From positions 165,788,001-165,852,000 of the forward strand of contig OX597814.1 in NCBI GenBank assembly GCA_951406725.2: DNA of 64,000 bases, given 5' to 3'. Position 1 is the stretch's first letter. Each line of letters begins with the position of its first letter. Positions 13,801 to 22,300 of the stretch are shown here, piece after piece. The notes under the pieces were generated by a model, which saw only the letters and a program-made list of their open reading frames with translations, did no database searches and was not told where the DNA came from. The position numbers were made by a program, and so were the translations under genes. This stretch comes from Octopus vulgaris (lineage: Eukaryota).

Positions 13801-16238
13801 ATTTTAGCTTTGGTCTAACCATAACAGAATAATTTCTACCACTTTAAATACATATACACTTATCTGACTTTCCTTTTCATCACAAGCCATTTATTTGCTG
13901 GCACATGTTTAACACTGTAGCACAAATTATTCCACTGAAATAAAAAGATGAAAGTATCTATGTTCATTTTTCTAAATAACATTTCTACAACATAAATTAT
14001 CTAATGGACTTATCAATGTACATTCTCACAAATGCATTTATATAAACTTTGTTGTGTAAAACATTTATTTCCCACTGTAATATTTTCAGTAATATACTCT
14101 ATGTATGAATCTTCTCATATTTTAACCCTTTCATTACCAACCAGGCTGAAACTGGCCCTGGCTCTGAGTACAAATGTCTTGTTTTCAAAAGTTTTGAACT
14201 AAAATTTTCTACCAAACCTTAGTCACAATTTATATTCCTAACACTAGTTGAATGATAAGTAAGTTATTTTACTAAATTCTTTGTTATATTTAAAGTAATT
14301 GAAAGAAGCACAGAGCGTCTCAAAATAAATGCAGTAACGAAAAGGTTAAGCTGTATTCACAAAACATGTACAGTTTAATTTTTATTGCATTATTTGATCA
14401 TGAAAATCAGTTGTTGATATTTAGGAAATAAAAGGAAGATTTATATATATTCATTCTACTTGTTGTCTCTATGAACATTCTTCTAACTTCCTCTGTCTGG
14501 CAGTTTTGGTGCCCGTGCCAGATGGTTCTTGTCTGCTGTGTGTAATCTTTGCACAGTGCATCTATATGAGAGAATCTCTTAAGGTGAATACTGCAGTATT
14601 CAGCATTCTAATAATACATTCATATTGAGTAAGATATGAAGATTGCCAATCAATAATAATGATGATGATGATAATGAAAATAATTATCACTACAATTTAT
14701 TTATTCCAATCAAATATATTCAATACACAACCATAAAAACAACTGTTCTCTGTTTATCTCTTCAGAAGAAGTATGCAGTCAGTTATCATGAATCAATGAA
14801 TACAGTACTGGTGCAAGAGTTGTTACGCTTTAACAGGTTACTAAAAGTGATCATATGGAGTCTGGAGGAGATTCAGAAAGCTATCTACGGCTTAGTAGTG
14901 ATGTCAGCCAAATTGGAGAGGATTGTTAACAGTATGATTGTCGGCAAGGTAGGCGTTTTCTTTGATTTCTCTCACCTTTGCTCTGACGAAATATTCTTTT
15001 CTTATTTTGGCACAACGCCAGCAATTTTTAAGAGTGAAGAAGTCAATTACATCAACCCCAATACTTAACTGACACTTATTTCATTGACCCCCCAAAAGGA
15101 TGAAAGATAAAGGTGACCTCAGAACAGAGACGGGTGAAATGCAGCATGATAATGGTTCTGTCAGCTTTCTGTCTTTCTCTCTGACAAAATATTGATATAC
15201 AATATCAAATGCAAGCTATATAAATGTCATATGACGTCAAAATTAAATAATAGTCATCATCATCATTTAACGTTTGTTTTCCCTGATCAACTTCTCGTGA
15301 TTGAAAACACACCACTCTACCTCATAGGGATAATTGTAAGTACATCCCGAATTCTAGAAAAACCATACACACAGTTTTATATATCAGCATGCACCACACA
15401 TGAATATATACACAAAGCGAATTTAAATCATAGGTGCTATCACCTATGAAACCATCAGGGAGCTGCCCAGCCAAAGAGTTGCCCAGGCTCCAGTTGTCTA
15501 TTTTGGCATGCTTTCTACAGCTAGTTGCCATTCCTAATGCCAACCACTAGGTACTTTTTTATGTGGCAATGGCCTGGGTGTTTTTCATGTAGCACCTACA
15601 TGGGTACTTTATATATAACACTGACACAGGTGCTTTCTACATGGTAGTGACGTGGATGCTTTTCATGTGGCATCATCATGAGTGCTGTTCATGTAGCACT
15701 GACACGGTATTGTTAATGCAACATTGGCACAGGTGCTATTCATGTGGTACTGGCATGGGTGTTTTTTACATGGCACCAGCACTATCAAATATTAAATAAA
15801 TGATATAATAATCTTTAATTTAATATTAGCAATATTACATTAATTAAGCAATTACATCGTGGAAAAAGCATTTTACCTAACTAAAAATATACAAAATCTG
15901 TTAAATTATTTCTTAAGCATAGAGTCTTGTAAACAGTGAAATGACCAATTATAAATACCATTGGAACTCACACACAAAGTACAGGAAACATATATATACC
16001 ATTCTGCTTAAATAATAGAACTGCAGACACAATATCCTTACGTATCTCACACCTGTTTTCATTCCTCCATTTCACTCTGTATTTCATATCTCCTCTATAA
16101 TAACTATTGCTTAACCATTTTCTCGCACCGTCTCTGATAAAGGGATATATAGAATATCCTGGAAACAGCTGTAAGACCTTCTTTTTATAAATGTTCTGAA
16201 ATCTTTCACAGCCTTGGATTTTTTTATCTTATTCTGTA

Positions 16239-16307
<69 letters not shown>

Positions 16308-19300
16308 GAAAGAGGGTGAGACAGAGAGACTGAGATGTGTGTGTGTTTGGTACATCTCTCTCTCTCCTGCTCCCTCTCCTTCTCCTCCCTCTCTCTCTCT
16401 GAATTGGCCAAAGCCTTGTGAATGGGTTTAGTAGACCGAAACAGATAAAAGCCAGACGTATATATGTGTGTGTGTATGTTTGTATGTATGTATAAGAATA
16501 CAAACCCACCTTTCATCACCAGTGCTTCCTTTTCTTGTCTTTTCTCTTGAAGTTGTTCTTATTTTCATTGTTTGGAATTTCTTTCGTTCTTTCGTTTTGT
16601 TTTTTTTTTTATCACCCTAGGGGATTCATTGAAAAGCTTTTTTCATTTACTTTTTTTGTTTCTTTTAAAGTTATTTACAGTAAACCATCATATCTTTCTC
16701 CTCATCTGACTTGAAATTTCCAGTTAACATCTTAACCAAAGTAAATTGATGGCTCATCTATGTAGTTTGATCCTAACATGGGGCCCCTCAACTGCAGTGG
16801 CCCCTGCGACTGCAGGGGTTGCTGGGGCTCAGCAACGGCCCTGACTTCCATGATGTGATTGTTTCTGTTCCTTCTAGACAAGTACAACTCCAAAAGAAGC
16901 TTCAGTTTTATTTAGCCAGAACTAAATATGAATAAACAGTGAATTAATTGCTTAATGGAATATTTAATGTTTAACTGATATTAAATGTATGATGCGTTAA
17001 TGATTTATATTAAATAGTAAACGTATGTATTACTTATCTAATACTAAATGATATTCGATATATTAATGTTCTTTTATCCATTTCCTTACAATATTTAGGT
17101 TCCAGCAGTGTGGGCAGAAAAATCTTACCCTTCTTTGAAGCCTCTGGGGAGTTATGTTTCAGACCTTCTTGCACGAATACAATTCTTCAATGTATGTGTT
17201 TGGAACTTTTTGTATTTAGTTCTGTATGAGACAGATAGAAAGAAGGAGAGGAAAGAATAAAATGCATAAGAGAGATTGAGAGACATGTAGATAAGCTGTG
17301 AAAGTATGTGAGGATATTTTTGAATGGAAAGTGAAAAAATTAAAGTATGAGAGTGGAGGAGCAAGGCAGAGAAAAGAACAAAAATTAGAGAAATGTTGAG
17401 GTAGGGAGAAAAACAATATTATAGACTGAGAAACAGAAGAGATAGCCACAATTAGAGGAGATAGGTGATAGGACAGTTAATTAACTTCTGGAATTTCAAC
17501 CATGTTTCGTGGTCTGCTACTACAACAGCTCCTTTACAGGATCCAGTTAGCTCAAGACATCATCAGGAGGAACCACACCGGTTTTGGCCCCTACTCCTCT
17601 ACCGTTTTGACGTGGCAGGGCCCCCACTTTTGTAGGTGTCTTCAGCTCTGGTGTTGGGTGCATGTCTTCTTTCTTCTGTTCCCTGGCCTCTTCGATGTAG
17701 CGTCAACGAGTGTTAGTGGGCGACTGGCTGTCTTGTCTACTGTCTAGTCTAATTACTCTAAACTTACTGCATACTCACATCAAACTAGTTCTGTGTGTGT
17801 GTGTTTGTGCATATGTGCATACATATGCTTATGTGCCTCTGTGTTTGTTAACTTCTGTATTGACTTCTATGAAAGTTGGATCTACAAATGCTGATGTCAC
17901 TTCTCTTATCAACAAATTATCTGCTTACTCCACTCCTTCAAAGATGTATAGAATAACAGATCCTTCATTTAAAAAAACAAGTGAAGGTTAGTAAAAGGAA
18001 AGCATCCAGCAATAAAACAAAGCTTTAATAGCATATTTATCTAACCCATACTAGTTTAGAAAAACAGATGTAAAACTGCATGAATGAACAACTGTAGGCC
18101 TATATGTATATTGTTTGTAGCAACTTATAAACAGTTAAATTAAATATCTTAACTATTTTCTACTGTTTGGCTGGTGTCTTTTCTAATGAATTTATTTTTG
18201 CAATGTTTCATCCTTTAAGCATTGGATATCTGAAGGTCAGCCAACAGTCTTCTGGATATCTGGTTTTTATTTCACCCAGTCTTTCCTGATGGGAGTCATG
18301 CAAAACTATGCCCGGTCTCATAAAATCCCCATTGATCACCTGACACTCAGCTTCAAGATCATGAAACAAGAACATGAAATGCCCAGTAAACCAGTAAGTT
18401 ACAAATTTTAATTTCTGAGATGAGTTACTGTGACAAGAGTTAACATTCTGATTTATAAAAACCAATCTCATTATGTGCATAATCTACACTGGGATGCTCT
18501 TCCTAATACCAACCATTTAACAGTGTATACTGGGTGTTTTTTACATGAGCAGGGTATATTAGAGAAATATATACTGTAAAACCTCGAGTATAGTCCGCCC
18601 TTGAGTATAATACGCAGGGGATTTTTAGGGGGCTGTACCTCTGAAAAACCTAAGCCTTGTGTATAATACGCACCCCTTCTCTAACTTGAGTCAGGGAGGT
18701 CTATATAACGTCCTTGGTTTGTAAAAATGTATACGGTAATGTCTTTTATTATTATTGTATATATAACATAATATAAACGTGTAGCTGTTTTGTGCATTTT
18801 GTTTGCAGAAAATAAAGAAATAACAGTAATAACGTTTAATAAATGTTGCTTACTGCATGTTATGGATGATTCTTTTATGACTTCATTGCTTTCAGGCTTA
18901 GCCTAAGGTATTTTCGTGTCCGACATCACAAAATGCATCTGAATAAACATAGCCAGACAGCAAATAGAGACTCGGACATTGCTTAGAAAATAATTTTCAT
19001 TTTTAACCTCGTATATAGTATGCACTAGGGATTTTGACCTTTAAATTTTGGGAAAAAATGTGGATTATACTCAAGGATTTACGATATATCATCATCATCA
19101 TTTAATGTACATCTTCCATGCTGGCATGGGACAAACAGTTTCAGGAGCTGGTAAGCCTAAGGACTGCATCAAGCTCCATTGTCTGTTTTGGCATGGTTTT
19201 TTACAACTGGATGCCCTTCCTAATGTCAACCACTTTAGAGAGTGGACTGGATGCTTTTTATGTAGCACGCACACATTTTTATATTTCTGATAATCAGCTA

Positions 19301-22300
19301 TATTTAAAATGATTAATCAAGTTGTTTTGTTTCTATATTACTTTTTAGTGTTTGATTAGGAGTCTGTTGTTAATGTTCTAGTTGTTGTTCTTTATTAGCC
19401 CCAAATTAGCCCTGGGGAAGCAAATGTATGGTCAAATGCACTCCACCCATGACATCCCATCCTAGGACCACATTCTCTAAAGTCTTTCTTTTTAAAGAAA
19501 AATTAACTGCTATTTCTAGCAATCCACATGACTGCATACAATCACTTTCAAGTTCTAGTTATTACTGATATTGTTAAATTCTAGTTATTACTGTTAATGA
19601 AGTTTATCTCCAGGTTCAGTTGACTGAATTAAATAATCAAAGTTGTTCCAGTCTTAACCATCCCATCTTTTTCTCTAGCAAGGAACTCTCCCTGCTTTGA
19701 ACAGCATTATATGATCACAAGAAATTTGGCTGCTATTTCAAATGGGTCAATGTGTAATGGCTTCCTCTTTGCTGTTGTTACTAGTGTTCCAATTGTTGTT
19801 GTTGAAAGTGATGATATTTTTGTTTAGTAACCTCAGTAAGTTCTAACTGAATATTGTTTCAGATAAATAACCTATCAAACGTCTTGTTTAGCTGACTTGA
19901 GTATGAGCGTAGTCTCATCCAAAGATACTTCTAATTTATATAAATATATATATAAAATTATATATATATAAACAATTGCAGCATGGAAGTTGTTTATAAG
20001 CCATTTAAGAAACACACAAAAACCATTAGATTCACTTCAACATTTAAATTTAATTTGTCAAAATGTTTTCGTTGCTTTGAGACCGTGACCTGTTCGTGCA
20101 GCACGGAGTTTTGTCAGTGAACAGGTTGTGGTCTCAAAGCAACGAAAATATTTTGACAAATTAAATTTAAATGTTGAAGTGAATCTAATGGTTTTTGTGT
20201 GTTCCTTAAATGGCTTATTTAAGAAATGAGTTGTGATGTCACTGGTGCCAAGTTGCACGCTGCAATTGTTTTCGTTCCAGCACAGGATCTCAGATCAGGT
20301 CACTTGCTATGCAAGTACATCTCTGTAAATATATATATATATATATTTAATTTATATATATAAAAGACCCCTTTCAGTCATGAATGACCATGGAATTGCA
20401 TCTAGGAAGTTCTACAGTCCTAAACTCTGAGGCACAAGTCCAGGCAAGATTGTTTGTGGAAGACCAGCAGTCATCTGTGCATACCAGCTTCCCTCCCCTC
20501 TCCATGCCGCCAATGTTACTCCAGAAAAAAAAGCAAAGGCCTGTACAACTTGGCACCAGTGACATCACAACTCATTTCTACAGCTGAGTGTACAGGAGTA
20601 ATGTGAAAATAAAGTGTCTTGCTCAAGAACACAACACATAGCCCAGTCCAAGAATCAAACTCACTAACCCATGATTGTGAACCTGACATGCTAACCACTG
20701 ACAGTTTGTACATCTCCTATTCGCTTGATGTTATGTTTTACAATGCACTACACTAAACACCATTTTCTTTTAAAAAATACTGTCCTCATACTTTATTTCA
20801 GATAACAGGGGCTTACATCAATGGTTTGTTCCTAGAAGGAGCACATTGGTGTCGACAGACTGGAATCCTTGCAGAAGCACTACCAAAAGTTCTTTATGAT
20901 TTGATGCCAATTGTATCCTTCAAATTTTAATAAGAGTTTAGGACCGTAGAACTTCTTTTTTTGCATGGTTTTTATATATACATGTTAACTGTGGTATGAG
21001 TAATAGCTTTCAAATTTAAACATTTGGATATTGATGATCAAGTGATGTTATATAAAAACTAAATGTCATTGCTACTATTATGCAATCAAAAAATAGAAGT
21101 CAAAATTATTATCAGCAAACTGACTGAGGGAAGCAGAAACCTATAAAAGGTTCCCACTACATCGATAGAATATATCAAACTCACAGAAGGATGTTAAAAT
21201 AAAAAGATCAATCAAGACAAGATTTTGACCACTGAAACTTAAGGCGAGAAAAAATAGATTACTATTAATTGCATCAATATCATCTATTCAATATTTTAAT
21301 AAGTTATTACAGCATTGAATATTCTTTTCTACTCTAGGCACAAGGCCTGAAATTTTGGGGGAGGGGGTCATTGATTAGATCGACCCCAGTATGCTACTGG
21401 TACTTAATTTATCAACCTTGAAGGATGAAAGGCAAAGTCAGCCTCAGTGGAATTTGAACTCAGAATGACAGCATTGAATATTGTTGTTACAGTATTGAAT
21501 ACTGAAATAATTAAAAATTTTTCTCTGTGCTCTGAATACAAATTCTCTGGCAGTTAACTTTGCCTTTCATACTTTCAAAGTTGATTAAGAGCCTGTCAGG
21601 TACTGGAGTTGATTTTTCTTTCTCTCAAAATTGGCAGTACCGAACACAATGGTGTGTTGTAAAAGACATCCAAAGAAAGGCAATAGGTGGAGTACTTTTG
21701 TATTTTCCCCACGAAGATTTGATGACCAACACCATGTATATGCCATTGCATGTTGTAAGGACCATGTTATTTTTAGTTTGATGAAGTCAATACAATTACT
21801 GTTTAGCTTTAACAACAGCTGAAATAGATGCTAGACATTAGTCCATAAAACAGGTCCAGTAAGTCGTTTAAGGACTTTTTTTTATAGAATCTCTTTTGCC
21901 TCTTTGGTTAAACAAAATTAAATTCATAATCATTCATCTGTATGACTTCAAATTTGGGTGATACGTTGACTCAGCAAGATTATATCCTTAATTCACAGTT
22001 AGATTTGGATAAAACCAGTAAAGAAGGAAGAATTTCATGCGGAAGAAAACTATCAATGTCCAGGTAAACATTTTTTTTTACTTATTTAAACTAAATCATT
22101 TACATATAAAATTAAATGAAAATTATTGCTTTTTTTAACCCTTCATCTTGTAGTCTGATTATGCTACCACTACAACACACACATACACACACGTAACAAA
22201 ACATTGTTTACATAAATTCGAATTGAAATATGATAGCTGGCTCTCAGAACTAACTATATAGTTCAGACATTGGGAATTGTGTTTATTTGTATTGGGCAAA

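Larger units (their letters stand above)
12610..13893 (+). repeat. Pair of ~120 bp direct repeats (12610-12730 and 13771-13893) flanking an exon
   Basis: ctcattccattctctc...atcacaagccattta occurs twice with few differences. Confidence 0.9.

Noticed and set aside
15550-15782. CRISPR-like repeat array
   Set aside because: Units are contiguous and diverged, without unique spacers; eukaryotic context, no cas genes.
16780-16842. GC-rich patch ending in gcaacggccctg, possible hAT-type terminus
   Set aside because: No matching opposite terminus or TSD found.
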